Shown here piece after piece: positions 29,081-40,273 of a stretch of 64,000 nt of DNA. Where the stretch lies: the NCBI GenBank assembly GCA_017411405.1, contig JAFQQE010000012.1, positions 86,161 to 150,160 of the forward strand, written 5' to 3'. The position numbers were made by a program, and so were the translations under genes. This DNA comes from Bacilli bacterium (GTDB lineage Bacteria; Bacillota_I; Bacilli_A; RF39; UBA660). The notes below the pieces were generated by a model. That model ran no database searches. It was not told the DNA's origin and saw only the letters and a list, made by a program, of their open reading frames with translations. Each line of letters opens with the position of its first letter. The first letter of the stretch is position 1.

Positions 29081-31144
29081 ATGAAGAAATTAAAAGAATT
29101 TATATTTAGTAAAAGAGTAAGAGATATTATTTTAATAAGTTTATTTGTGTTTGTTACAGAATTGATAGTAAGATTTGTAACAAATATAGATATAAATTAT
29201 GGAATTTTAAGAATATTTATATCTTCTTTAATTATAGGTATGATAGTATCTTTGATTAGTTCTTACTTTAATAAAGTAATAGGTAAAATAATTAAGATTA
29301 TTATTTCTTTTTTACTTACATTTTATATATTTGTGGAAGTTGGTTTATATAATTATTTAGGTTTTTATATGGGAATAGGTAATGGGGAACAAGGTGCTAA
29401 GAATTTGAGTTATATATTAGATTTTCTTAAATCAGTTAAACCTACATATTATTTAGTTTTTATACCATTTATTTTATTGATTCTATATTATATATTTATT
29501 GATAAAAAGTTATTAAAGTTTGAGGAAACTAAGAAGAGTAAAAGAGTAGGAGTAAAAAAACTTATTCCAACATTAATATCTCTTATAACTATTGTTATTT
29601 TAAGTGGTATATATTATAGTACTTTAATTATTCCATTTATGCAAAATAAATTAGAAAGTACTGATAATAAAACGTTATTCTTATATCCTGAAAATAGTAA
29701 TTTATCTGTTAGTCAATTTGGTGTATTAGTATATGGAGTTACAGATATTAATTCAATTATATTTGATATAAATATTGAAGATGTTGATAAATTTGAAAAT
29801 GTAAATGGAGAAAATAATAATGATGTTATTACTGATTATTCTAGGATTATTAATGATGATGCATGGAATAGTTTAATTAGTAATGAAAAAAATAGTACAT
29901 ATAATAATTTAAATAATTATTTTATTAATAGAGATATTACTAGTAAAAATGAATATACTGGTATATTTAAAGATAAGAATTTGATAGTTATTCTTTTAGA
30001 AAGTGTTAATGAAATAGCGTTAGAAAAAGAGTTTTTTCCTAATATATGGAAAATATATAGTGAAGGTATAAGTTTTAGAAATAATTATTCACCACGTAAT
30101 AATTGTAGTACTGGTAATAATGAAATGACAGTTATGACTGGTTTATATAGTATTAATAATACTTGTACTGCTAATAAATATAAGAATAATGAGTATTATC
30201 AAGCTATATTCAATATATTTAAAAATAGTGGTTATAATGCTACAAGTTATCACTCATATACTGATAAATATTATTCTAGACATACTATACATAAAAATAT
30301 GGGTAGTGAAAAATTTTATGGTGTAGTTGATCTTGGGATGGAATATAGTAATATTTATGAGGAATGGCCTAGTGATCTTACATTTTTTGAAACTGCGATG
30401 CCATATTTTATAAATCAAGATAAGTTTTTAGCATTTATGACTACTGTAACTACACATCAAACGTATAATGTTCCTAGTACTTTGGGTGATAAGTATTTAG
30501 ATTTGTTTAGTGATACAGAATATTCAACTACTACAAAGAGATATTTATCTAAAATGTATGAACTTGATAAAGCTTTAGGATATATGTTAGAAGAATTAGA
30601 GAAAAATGGTAAATTAGATGATACAGTAATAGCGATGTTTTCTGATCATTATCCATATGGTTTAACTAATACTCAAATAAATAGTGTTTTAGATTATGAT
30701 GTTAATATTAGACAAGAAGTAGATAGAACACCTATGGTTATATATAATTCAAAAATTGAACCAAAAGAAATAACTAAATATACTAGTTTAGTAGATTTGT
30801 TGCCAACATTATTAAATATGTTTGACTTAAACTATGATCCTAGACTTTATTTTGGTACTGATATTATGAGTGATAATGTTGGACGCGTAGCCTTTGCTGA
30901 TGGTTCTTGGCAAGATGAAGTAGGATTCTATTCAGCTACTAATGGAAAATTTACTGAAACGAATAATGAAGGTAAAACTTACACTATAGATGAGATTAAA
31001 ATGATTAATAAAGAAATTAGTACTGAAAAGAAGATGAGTAATTTAGCTATAAAGAATAATTATTTTGAATATTTAAAAGATGGTTTAGAAAAAAATAAGG
31101 TTGTAGTAAGTGACGTAGTAGAAAATAGTGATAAAGCAGAATAA
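29081..31144 (+). CDS. LTA synthase (LtaS)/sulfatase family membrane protein
   Basis: Five N-terminal TMs; KNLIVILLES, TGNNE, FSDHYPY. Confidence 0.88.
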   Translation: MKKLKEFIFSKRVRDIILISLFVFVTELIVRFVTNIDINYGILRIFISSLIIGMIVSLISSYFNKVIGKIIKIIISFLLTFYIFVEVGLYNYLGFYMGIGNGEQGAKNLSYILDFLKSVKPTYYLVFIPFILLILYYIFIDKKLLKFEETKKSKRVGVKKLIPTLISLITIVILSGIYYSTLIIPFMQNKLESTDNKTLFLYPENSNLSVSQFGVLVYGVTDINSIIFDINIEDVDKFENVNGENNNDVITDYSRIINDDAWNSLISNEKNSTYNNLNNYFINRDITSKNEYTGIFKDKNLIVILLESVNEIALEKEFFPNIWKIYSEGISFRNNYSPRNNCSTGNNEMTVMTGLYSINNTCTANKYKNNEYYQAIFNIFKNSGYNATSYHSYTDKYYSRHTIHKNMGSEKFYGVVDLGMEYSNIYEEWPSDLTFFETAMPYFINQDKFLAFMTTVTTHQTYNVPSTLGDKYLDLFSDTEYSTTTKRYLSKMYELDKALGYMLEELEKNGKLDDTVIAMFSDHYPYGLTNTQINSVLDYDVNIRQEVDRTPMVIYNSKIEPKEITKYTSLVDLLPTLLNMFDLNYDPRLYFGTDIMSDNVGRVAFADGSWQDEVGFYSATNGKFTETNNEGKTYTIDEIKMINKEISTEKKMSNLAIKNNYFEYLKDGLEKNKVVVSDVVENSDKAE

Positions 31145-31338
31145 TGTAAAATATGTGTAAAATTTTAAATTATAATGATTTAAAGAATCTGTTAGGAAAT
31201 ATATAACAGATTTTTTTAATTGCATAAATTTTTATAATATTTTTTACTAATATAAAATTTTTGTATACCTGATTTTATAAATTTGTAATTTTACATGTTT
31301 TTATTATTTATGTTATTTTTGCTTGGGAGGTCGAAGTA

Positions 31339-32223
31339 ATGAAAAATGATATAAAATTTATAAATGATAAAGTAGTAAAAAAGATATTAACTAGTGAGGA
31401 GGAAGAAAATAGAGAATATTTAGTTAGAATAATAAGTGGAGTAACTGGTATAGATAAGACGTTATTAAAAGATAATATTAAATTAGTTACAAACGAAATA
31501 AGTAGTAATATTAATACTGTAAATAGTGTAGTGGATGCAGTGTTTGATGATAATAGAGAATATATTAATATAGAAATTAATTATAATTATAGCAAAACTA
31601 CTATAGTAAAAAATAATATTTATGTGTATCATATGATATTAAGACAAGTAAAAAAATCTAAGGATTACAAGAAAGTAACTCCTGTAATACAAATAAATAT
31701 AAACGGATATGATTTATTTGGAAAAAATGACTTTTTATATAAAACACAAATGAAAGAGATGAAATATAATTTAATAAGAGATGAAATGATAACGGTATAT
31801 GATATAAATCTAGATTTTCTTAGAAATATAGATTATAATAAAATAAAGAAAGGACATATATCTGATTTAGAAAAAATATTATATTTATTTATTTGTGATG
31901 ATAAAGTATTATTAGATGATATGTATAAAGGTGATATAACAATGGATAAGATTAGAGATGATTTTGATAAGATAACTTGGGAAAGAGATTCTGTATTATA
32001 TTATGATCCGGAAGATTTAAATAGGCAAATAATAGAAGAAAAAGTAGAAGAAGAAGTAAATAAGAGAATGGAGGAAATAAATAAAAGATTAGATAAAGAA
32101 ACTAAACAAACTCAAAAACTTATTGTTAAAAATATGATTGAAAAAGGTTTAGATGATAAAATTATAAAAGATGTATTAAATATAGATGATGAAACTTTGA
32201 AAAGTTGTAAAGAAATAAATTGA
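31339..32223 (+). CDS. Rpn/PD-(D/E)XK nuclease family protein
   Basis: ND.VVK.IL, VDAV..INIEIN, IQININ; C-terminal IVKNMIEKGLD..II helix-turn-helix-like tail. Confidence 0.75.
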   Translation: MKNDIKFINDKVVKKILTSEEEENREYLVRIISGVTGIDKTLLKDNIKLVTNEISSNINTVNSVVDAVFDDNREYINIEINYNYSKTTIVKNNIYVYHMILRQVKKSKDYKKVTPVIQININGYDLFGKNDFLYKTQMKEMKYNLIRDEMITVYDINLDFLRNIDYNKIKKGHISDLEKILYLFICDDKVLLDDMYKGDITMDKIRDDFDKITWERDSVLYYDPEDLNRQIIEEKVEEEVNKRMEEINKRLDKETKQTQKLIVKNMIEKGLDDKIIKDVLNIDDETLKSCKEIN

Positions 32224-32290
32224 CATTTCTTTTTTTATATTGTATTCTTGAAATCGAGGAATATTTAGAAAATCGAAAGTGAGTGAATAT

Positions 32291-34309
32291 ATGAATTTAG
32301 TAATAGTTGAGTCGCCAAGTAAGACTAAAGCGATTGGTAAATATTTAGGTAGTAATTATAAAGTTGTATCAAGTAAAGGGCATATAAGAGATTTAGCTAC
32401 TAGTGGTAAATTTGGATTGGGTGTAGATATAGAAAAAGATTTTGAACCTAATTATATACCTATAACTGGTAAGAAAAAAATAATTAATGAATTAAAGCGT
32501 GATGCTAAAGAGGCTGATATGGTTTATCTTGCAACAGACCCTGATCGTGAAGGAGAAGCTATTAGTTGGCATTTATATGATGCTATAGGATTAAATGATG
32601 ATAATTATAAAAGAATTCTTTTTAATGAAATAACAGAAGGTGCTGTAAAAGATGCTATAAAAAATCCTAAGATGATTGATTATAATTTAGTTAAGAGTCA
32701 AGAAACTAGAAGAATATTAGACAGAATTATAGGATTTAGGTTGTCAAAACTTATGCAATCTAAAACTGGAGGTAAATCTGCTGGACGTGTACAAAGCGTA
32801 GCATTAAAACTTATTGTAGATAGAGAAAGAGAAATAGAAGCTTTTATACCAGAAGAATATTGGACTATAGAAGCTGATTTTGATTTATTTAAGTCTGAAT
32901 TAGAAAAATATAATAATAAGAAATTAGAAATTAAAAGCGAAGAAGAAGCGAATAAAATACTTATTGAGTTATCTGATACATTTAAAGTAATTAGTGTAGA
33001 GAGTAAAGAAAAAAATAAAAAGGGTGTAATGCCATTTATTACTTCTACATTACAACAAGCTTGTTCTACTAAATTTAATTTTGGTTCTAGTAAAACTATG
33101 AGTATAGCTCAAAAGTTATATGAAGGTAAAGATATTGGTAGTGAAACTGTCGGTTTAATTAGTTATATGAGAACTGATTCAACAAGACTTTCAAATGTTT
33201 TTGTTAGTGATGCTTTATCATATATAGAAAGTGAATTTGGAAAAGAATACGTAGGGAATGTTAAGATAAGTAAAAAGACTGATAACGTACAGGATGCTCA
33301 TGAAGCTATAAGGCCTACAAGTATAAAACGTACTCCAGAAAGTGTTAAAAAATATTTAACTAGTGATGAATTTAAAGTATATAGTATTATTTATTATCGT
33401 GCTCTAGCTAGTTTAATGAAGGATGCTAAAGTTATTCAAACAAGTATAGTAATGGATAATAATAATTATCATTTTAAAACTACTGGTCAAGTTACTAGTT
33501 TTGACGGATTTATGAAAGTATATAAGGATTATATGAATTCTGAAGATGTAACTCTTCCAATTATTAAAGAAGGAGATATTTTTAATACTGATAAGATATC
33601 AAGTGAACAACATTTTACTAAACCTGCATCTCGTTATACAGAAGCTTCATTAATTAAAGAAATGGAAAGTTTAGGAATAGGTAGACCTAGTACTTATGCT
33701 AAGACTATGGAAACTTTAAAAGAAAGAGCTTATGTTAATATTATAGATAAGAAATTTCATCCAACTGAAGTTGGTATAGAAACTACAGATAAATTACAAG
33801 AATTTTTCTCTAATATAATAAATGTTGAATATACTCGTGATATGGAAACTGATTTAGATGAAATTGCTTTAGAAAAGCAAGATAATATTAAAGTATTAAG
33901 AGATTTTTATGATAAGTTTGAACCATTAGTAGAAAATGCTTTTTCTAATATGGAGAAGAAAGCACCTGTTAGTACTGGCGAGGTTTGCCCTAATTGTGGT
34001 AATGAATTAGTTATTAGGAAGGGTAGATATGGAGAATTTACTGCTTGTAGTAATTATCCGGAATGTAAATATATAAAACAAGTAGAAAAAGAGATAAAAG
34101 AAATTTGTGATTGTCCTGTTTGTAATAATGGGAAAATAATAGAAAAGAAAACTAAGAAAAATAAAATATTTTATGGATGTAATAATTATCCTAAATGTAA
34201 AACTGCTGCTTGGGATATACCTACTGGAGAATTATGTCCAGAATGTAAGAACTTATTAATTAATAAAAATAATATTATTAAGTGTAGTAATTGTGAATAT
34301 GAAAAGTAA
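32291..34309 (+). CDS. topA: DNA topoisomerase I
   Basis: LVIVESP.K, ATDPDREGE, SAGRVQS, YMRTDS, C-terminal zinc fingers. Confidence 0.98.
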   Translation: MNLVIVESPSKTKAIGKYLGSNYKVVSSKGHIRDLATSGKFGLGVDIEKDFEPNYIPITGKKKIINELKRDAKEADMVYLATDPDREGEAISWHLYDAIGLNDDNYKRILFNEITEGAVKDAIKNPKMIDYNLVKSQETRRILDRIIGFRLSKLMQSKTGGKSAGRVQSVALKLIVDREREIEAFIPEEYWTIEADFDLFKSELEKYNNKKLEIKSEEEANKILIELSDTFKVISVESKEKNKKGVMPFITSTLQQACSTKFNFGSSKTMSIAQKLYEGKDIGSETVGLISYMRTDSTRLSNVFVSDALSYIESEFGKEYVGNVKISKKTDNVQDAHEAIRPTSIKRTPESVKKYLTSDEFKVYSIIYYRALASLMKDAKVIQTSIVMDNNNYHFKTTGQVTSFDGFMKVYKDYMNSEDVTLPIIKEGDIFNTDKISSEQHFTKPASRYTEASLIKEMESLGIGRPSTYAKTMETLKERAYVNIIDKKFHPTEVGIETTDKLQEFFSNIINVEYTRDMETDLDEIALEKQDNIKVLRDFYDKFEPLVENAFSNMEKKAPVSTGEVCPNCGNELVIRKGRYGEFTACSNYPECKYIKQVEKEIKEICDCPVCNNGKIIEKKTKKNKIFYGCNNYPKCKTAAWDIPTGELCPECKNLLINKNNIIKCSNCEYEK

Positions 34310-34368
34310 ACTTAAAAGTTTGCTTTTTTTTAATTCTTTGTGATATTATTAATCTAGGAAGTGATAGA

Positions 34369-35244
34369 ATGAAGAAAAGTTTTTTAGATAGAAAAGATGG
34401 ATATAGAATAAAAGATATGACTGGTATGAATCAAATATTGATTGATTTAAAACCAAGAAGATGTGATAGTGATGTATATATTAATCAAGATATGGATATA
34501 ACTGAATTAGTTAATTATATGGATAAGTTAAAAAAAGATGGTAAGTCTGTTACTTATTTTCATGCGTTTTTAACTGCATTAGGTAAAACTATATATAATA
34601 GAAATAAATTAAATAGATTTGTTCAAAATAGACATTTATTTGAACATAAAGAAATAGTTATATCTTTTGTTGCTAAGGTTAGTTTTGATGATAAGAGTGA
34701 AGAAATAATGGTATTAGTTCCAATAAATGAAGATGATAATATTTTTACTATTAGTGAATTTGTTAAAAATAAAGTAGATGAAATTAGAGAAAAGAAAAGT
34801 AAAAAAGAAGGTGCTAATAATGCTATAGATTTCTTAGGTAAATTACCTAATATTATTAGAATTCCTTTAATTGGTATATTTAAATGGTTAGATAGAATAG
34901 ATTTATTACCTAGTAGTTTGATTAAAGATAATTTATATTATAGTAGTGTAATAGTTTCTAATTTAGGTTCTATTAAATGTGATGCTATATATCATAATTT
35001 AACTAATTTGGGTACTTGTACTGGTTTAATTACTATGGGTGAAATTAAAACTAAAGAAGTAATAAATGATAAAGGTAAAAAAGAAATTAGAAAGTTTTGT
35101 AGTTTTGGAATAAATTTAGATGAGAGAATAGCAGATGGATATTATATGGCTAAATCTATGAAATTATTAGAAAGAATATTAAATAATCCTAGTATGCTTG
35201 AAAGTAAAATTAGTGAAAAAATCGAAGTAGAAGAAAATAGGTAA
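34369..35244 (+). CDS. 2-oxoacid dehydrogenase acyltransferase (E2 catalytic domain)-like protein
   Basis: SNLGS, DERIADG..L.NP; no lipoyl domain. Confidence 0.8.
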   Translation: MKKSFLDRKDGYRIKDMTGMNQILIDLKPRRCDSDVYINQDMDITELVNYMDKLKKDGKSVTYFHAFLTALGKTIYNRNKLNRFVQNRHLFEHKEIVISFVAKVSFDDKSEEIMVLVPINEDDNIFTISEFVKNKVDEIREKKSKKEGANNAIDFLGKLPNIIRIPLIGIFKWLDRIDLLPSSLIKDNLYYSSVIVSNLGSIKCDAIYHNLTNLGTCTGLITMGEIKTKEVINDKGKKEIRKFCSFGINLDERIADGYYMAKSMKLLERILNNPSMLESKISEKIEVEENR

Positions 35245-35321
35245 ATATTTATTAAAATTTCTATTTACTTAATTTGATTATTTATGTTATACTATAATAG
35301 TAATCATAGGAGGAAAATGAT

Positions 35322-35735
35322 ATGGCGTTTGATGGAATAAAAAAAGCATTATTTGATAATGATAATAAAGATAATTCAGTAGAAGATAATTTTTATACTA
35401 TTAGTAATAAACAGTTAAAAGAAGAAGAAAGTAAGAATGGAAGTAAGATGATTCTTGTTGAACCTAGAGCATATTCTGAAAGTCAACAAATTGCAGATTA
35501 TTTGAAAAATAGAAATTCTGTTGTAGTTAATTTAAAGAGAGTAACTAGCGATCAAGCTAAAAGATTAATTGACTTTTTAACTGGAACAATATATGCTATA
35601 GGTGGTTCTTTGCAAAAGTTAGGTAATGGAATCTATTTATGTACACCAAATAATGTTAATGTACAAGGTAAAATGAGTGAGTCTGAAGAAAAAGAAAAAG
35701 CTAAAACTAAATACGAAAGTGATATAGAATTCTAA
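35322..35735 (+). CDS. sepF: cell division protein SepF
   Basis: EPRAYSE, VVVNL, RLIDFLTG, LCTP.NV. Confidence 0.93.
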   Translation: MAFDGIKKALFDNDNKDNSVEDNFYTISNKQLKEEESKNGSKMILVEPRAYSESQQIADYLKNRNSVVVNLKRVTSDQAKRLIDFLTGTIYAIGGSLQKLGNGIYLCTPNNVNVQGKMSESEEKEKAKTKYESDIEF

Positions 35736-35754
35736 TAAATTAGGATGTGGTTAT

Positions 35755-36189
35755 ATGGAAAAATTTAATACTTCTTTTACAGGATATAAAAAAGAAGAAG
35801 TTAATAAGTTTATAGATGATGTTATTAAGCAAGTAGAGTCTATGATTAATAATATGAAATCTAAAGATTTAGAAATAGAAAAATTAAAAAGTGAATTAGA
35901 GCATTATAAATCTTTAGAAAGTAATTTTAATAGGGCATTGTTGTTAGCAGAGGATGCTGGACAACAAATTAGAAATAGTGCAAGGAGTGAATCTACAAAA
36001 CTTTTAGAAGATGCTAAAAGAAATGCTGATAGAATAATTAATAACGCACTTATTAAAGCAGAAAATACTGAAAGGCAAGCAGAAAAATTAAGAAGAAATA
36101 TAATCATATTTAAAAGACGTTTAAGAGATATATTAGAATCTCAAATGGAATTAGTGGATGATATTGATCATATTGATATAAATGATTAA
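35755..36189 (+). CDS. divIVA: DivIVA family protein
   Basis: F..SF.GY..EEVNKFID followed by coiled coil. Confidence 0.88.
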   Translation: MEKFNTSFTGYKKEEVNKFIDDVIKQVESMINNMKSKDLEIEKLKSELEHYKSLESNFNRALLLAEDAGQQIRNSARSESTKLLEDAKRNADRIINNALIKAENTERQAEKLRRNIIIFKRRLRDILESQMELVDDIDHIDIND

Positions 36190-36272
36190 ACATATTAAAG
36201 GCAATTGAAAAATTGTCTTTTTTCTTTCATTTTTAATTAAAAAATGTTACTATAATTGATAGTGGTGATAGT

Positions 36273-38444
36273 ATGTATTATATTAAAGGTAAATTTAAAC
36301 AATCTATATTTAAAAGTGATTCTGGATATAATGTTGGCTTATTTAAAATAAGTGAAACTGATGATCCTGAAATGGAAACTTTTTTAAAAAAGACAGTTAC
36401 TTTTACAGGTTATTTTAGTGAACTAAATCCTGATGATACATACATACTTTATGGTTCTTTGATATATCATGATCGTTATGGATATCAATATAGTGTTGCT
36501 AGTTATGAAAAATGTATGCCTACTGGAAGAGATGCTGTTGTGGAATTTTTAACTAGTTCTTTAATAAAAGGGTGTGGTGAGAAAACTGCAATTAAGATTG
36601 TAGATATATTAGGTGATAATGCTATAGAAAAAATAAAAGAAAATATAAATAATTTAGATCTTATATCTGGTATAAGTGATACTAAAAAGAAATCTATTTA
36701 TAATTCAATACTTAAATATTATGAATCTAATGAAACTATTATTAAGTTAAAAGAATATGGTTTTAGTATAAAAGAAAGTATGAAATTAATTAATGTATAT
36801 GGTAATGGTATATTAAATATTGTTATTAATAATATATATAGTTTAATAGATTTAATAGATTTTAAGACTTTAGATAAAATATATTTAAATATATATAAAG
36901 AAACTACTAATTTACGTATTTTAGCTTGTATTGTTGAAACTATGAAAAGAATTACTTTTAATAGTGGAGATACTTATTCTTATAAAGATGAAATAATAGT
37001 TAGTTTGAGAGATGAATTTAATATTATTATTGATAGTGATGATTATTTTAGTATGTTAAGTAATGAAAATAGAATAGTTATTAAAGATGATAAGTATTAT
37101 TTAAAAGAGTATTATGATAGTGAAAAAAATATAGTTAAAAGATTATATGAAATTAATAATGTTAAAGTAGTTAGTAAAAAGAATGTAAATAATTATATAG
37201 AAGCTTTAGAAAAAGAATTTCATATTAAATATAATGATGAACAAAAAGAAGCTATTAGTTCTATTATAGATAATAATTTAATTGTTATTACTGGCGGACC
37301 TGGTACTGGTAAGACTACTATAGTTAATGGTATTTTGAATTTGTATAAATTAGTAAATAAGTTAAGTGATGATGGTTTAAATAATAAAGTTGCTTTAATT
37401 GCACCTACTGGAAGAGCTAGTAAGAGAATGAGTGAAACTACTAATTTTGGTGCATCTACTATTCATAGATATTTAAAATGGAATAAAGAGACTGATACGT
37501 TTGGTATTAATGAATATAATAAAACTTACCATGAATTAGTTATAGTAGATGAAACTAGTATGATTGATACTATGTTGTTTGATACTTTATTAAAAGGGTT
37601 AAGAAAGGATGTAAAGTTAGTTCTTGTTGGTGATGAGGCACAATTACCTAGCGTTTCTCCTGGACTTATATTAAATGATATAATAAGTAGCAATAAATTT
37701 AAGCATATTAGACTTACTAATATTTATAGACAAAGTAAGAATTCTTATATTCCAATACTTGCAAGTGAAATAAAATCTAAGAATTTAACTGATTATTTAG
37801 ATAAAAAAGATGACTATAATTTTATAGAATGTAATAGTAGAGATATAAAATCTTTGGTAGTTAATATTGCTAATAAAAGTTTAGATAAAGGATATAGTGA
37901 TAATAATATACAAATACTTGCACCTATGTATAAGGGAGAAATTGGTATAGATAATTTGAATATTAATTTACAAAGTATATTTAATCCACACGATGATAAT
38001 TTAAGTGAGGTAGTAATTGGTAGTGTAACTTATAGAATAAATGATAAAGTGTTGAATTTAGTAAATGATGTTGATAAGGGGATATATAATGGTGATATAG
38101 GTTATGTATATGATATTGATATAAATAGTAAGAGTGATTTTATTAGGGTTAATTTTGATAATAATATTGTATCTTTTAAAAGAGATGAAATGTCTAGTAT
38201 AAAGCATGCTTATGCTATAAGTATACACAAGGCTCAAGGTAGTGAATTTGACCATGTTATTATGCCTATAAGTAAATCTTATAATAAGATGTTATATAAT
38301 AAGCTTATTTATACTGGTATATCTCGTGCTAAGAAGAGTTTAATTATTATAGGAAGTAAGGAAGCGTTTTTATACTCTGTAAATAATGATTATAGTAATA
38401 CAAGAAAGACAACTCTTTTAGAATTATTAGTGAATAAAAAATAA
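36273..38444 (+). CDS. recD2: ATP-dependent RecD2 helicase
   Basis: GGPGTGKTT, APTGRAS, DETSM, HKAQGSEF. Confidence 0.93.
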   Translation: MYYIKGKFKQSIFKSDSGYNVGLFKISETDDPEMETFLKKTVTFTGYFSELNPDDTYILYGSLIYHDRYGYQYSVASYEKCMPTGRDAVVEFLTSSLIKGCGEKTAIKIVDILGDNAIEKIKENINNLDLISGISDTKKKSIYNSILKYYESNETIIKLKEYGFSIKESMKLINVYGNGILNIVINNIYSLIDLIDFKTLDKIYLNIYKETTNLRILACIVETMKRITFNSGDTYSYKDEIIVSLRDEFNIIIDSDDYFSMLSNENRIVIKDDKYYLKEYYDSEKNIVKRLYEINNVKVVSKKNVNNYIEALEKEFHIKYNDEQKEAISSIIDNNLIVITGGPGTGKTTIVNGILNLYKLVNKLSDDGLNNKVALIAPTGRASKRMSETTNFGASTIHRYLKWNKETDTFGINEYNKTYHELVIVDETSMIDTMLFDTLLKGLRKDVKLVLVGDEAQLPSVSPGLILNDIISSNKFKHIRLTNIYRQSKNSYIPILASEIKSKNLTDYLDKKDDYNFIECNSRDIKSLVVNIANKSLDKGYSDNNIQILAPMYKGEIGIDNLNINLQSIFNPHDDNLSEVVIGSVTYRINDKVLNLVNDVDKGIYNGDIGYVYDIDINSKSDFIRVNFDNNIVSFKRDEMSSIKHAYAISIHKAQGSEFDHVIMPISKSYNKMLYNKLIYTGISRAKKSLIIIGSKEAFLYSVNNDYSNTRKTTLLELLVNKK

Positions 38445-38478
38445 TTTATTATACATAATAATTGTAAAGGAGAAGATT

Positions 38479-38607
38479 ATGAAAAAATTAGGAAAAACTT
38501 TAACAGTTATGGGTATACTTGGTGCAGCAGGTATGGGAACTTATATGTATATGAAAATGAATAAAAATGTAGTAAAAGAATATATGACTTATCTTGATAA
38601 TAGATAA
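38479..38607 (+). CDS. 42-aa small protein, possibly YrzQ/DUF3918-like
   Basis: AAAGGAG RBS; MKKLGKTLTVMGILGAAGMGTYMY..; absent from the ORF track; family guess is from memory only. Confidence 0.6.
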   Translation: MKKLGKTLTVMGILGAAGMGTYMYMKMNKNVVKEYMTYLDNR

Positions 38608-38640
38608 GTTTTTATATTATAATAAAGTATAGGTGGTTAT

Positions 38641-39573
38641 ATGGAATATATTATTAAGTCTAATTCTTATAGATTGAGTAAAGATAAAATAAATGAATTA
38701 ACTTTAGGTATAGAAAAGGATAATATAAGTTATTTTGATTTAAATATAGATTCAATAAATGTTATATTAGAAGAAGCTAGTTATAATTCTTTATTTGATT
38801 CCAAAAAAGCTATAATTGTTTATAATAGTAATATATTTGGTACTAAGTATGAATATAAAGATGACTTAGAATTATTAGAGAAATATTTAAATAATTCTAA
38901 TAGTAATACTATATTAATATTTTTATCAGATAGTATTTCTTTAAAAAAGAAATGTGTTAAGATGATAAAAGATAATGATCATTTATTTGAATTGAGTATG
39001 CCTATAAAAGATGATTTAAATGATAAGATAAAAGATTATTTATCTAAGTATAATTATAAGATTGAAAATAAGGCTTTAACTAAATTAATAAATAATTTGG
39101 ATAGTAATTATGATTATATATTAAATGAATTAGATAAAGTTATGCTTGTTAAAAAAGATTATTTAATTAATTTAGATGATATAGAAAAATATACTATTAG
39201 TATTAAGAGTGATAATATATTTGATTTTGTTAATGTAATTATAAAGAAAGATACTAAGAAAATTAAAGAATATTTAGATAATTATATATATGAAAAATTA
39301 GAACCTGCTATATTATTTAGTAATATTGCTAATCAATATAGATTAATATATGTAGTTAAAAATTTAGTGAAAAATGGATATAGCGAAAAGAAAATAGCAG
39401 AAGAGTTAGATATTCATCCATATAGAGTTAAGATTGCTTATGAGAATTCTTTTAATTATAGGGATAAAGAATTAATAGATATTCTACTTAGTATTGGTGA
39501 ATATGATGAAAAGATTAAAAGTGGTTTACTAGATAAGTATGTTGCTTTAAAAGTTTTTTTATTAAATTTATAG
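38641..39573 (+). CDS. holA: DNA polymerase III delta subunit
   Basis: SLF..KK, NELDK, IFDFV, IHPYRVK, IKSG. Confidence 0.88.
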   Translation: MEYIIKSNSYRLSKDKINELTLGIEKDNISYFDLNIDSINVILEEASYNSLFDSKKAIIVYNSNIFGTKYEYKDDLELLEKYLNNSNSNTILIFLSDSISLKKKCVKMIKDNDHLFELSMPIKDDLNDKIKDYLSKYNYKIENKALTKLINNLDSNYDYILNELDKVMLVKKDYLINLDDIEKYTISIKSDNIFDFVNVIIKKDTKKIKEYLDNYIYEKLEPAILFSNIANQYRLIYVVKNLVKNGYSEKKIAEELDIHPYRVKIAYENSFNYRDKELIDILLSIGEYDEKIKSGLLDKYVALKVFLLNL

Positions 39574-39621
39574 TGATTAATAGAATATTTTTTGATAAAA
39601 TAGATAAGGTTAGGTGATTAG

Positions 39622-40272
39622 ATGAAGAGTGTAATAGCTATAGATGGACCTGCTGGTAGTGGTAAAGGTACTATTGCTAAATTAGTTGGTAAAAAATTAG
39701 GTTATATGTATATTGATTCAGGAGCTATTTATAGGTGTGTTGCTTTATTAACTATTAGGAATGGCATTGATATAAATGATGAAGAAAAACTATGTGATAT
39801 AGCTAAGAAAATGAATGTTGAATTTATTGATAATAAAGTGTTTTTAGATTTAGAAGATGTTGGGGTAGATATTAGAAGTAAAGAAGTTTCAGATATTGTA
39901 TCGTTAGTATCTAAGCATAAAAAACTTAGAGATATTATAATTGAAATAGAGAGAAATTATGCTAAGGATAAAGATATAATAATGGAAGGTAGAGATATTA
40001 CTACTGTAGTATTTCCGAATGCTAAATATAAATTTTATTTAGATGCTGATTTAAATGTTCGAGCGAAGAGAAGATATGAAGAATTAATAAAAAGAAACAT
40101 TAAAATCACTTTAGAAGAAGTAGTTGACGGTATTAGTAAAAGAGATTATAATGATACACATAAAGAAGTTGGTGCTTTAATTAGAACTGACGAACAAATA
40201 TATATTAATACTACTGATGTAGAGATAGAAGAAGTAGTAAATAAAATAATAGAAGTTGTTAGGAGTGAATAA
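39622..40272 (+). CDS. cmk: cytidylate kinase
   Basis: IAIDGPAGSGKGT, DSGAIYR, EGRDI. Confidence 0.96.
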   Translation: MKSVIAIDGPAGSGKGTIAKLVGKKLGYMYIDSGAIYRCVALLTIRNGIDINDEEKLCDIAKKMNVEFIDNKVFLDLEDVGVDIRSKEVSDIVSLVSKHKKLRDIIIEIERNYAKDKDIIMEGRDITTVVFPNAKYKFYLDADLNVRAKRRYEELIKRNIKITLEEVVDGISKRDYNDTHKEVGALIRTDEQIYINTTDVEIEEVVNKIIEVVRSE

Positions 40273-40273
40273 T

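Noticed and set aside
31339-32223. Insertion sequence (family often labelled transposase)
   Set aside because: No terminal inverted repeats or target duplication seen; treated as an Rpn-type nuclease.
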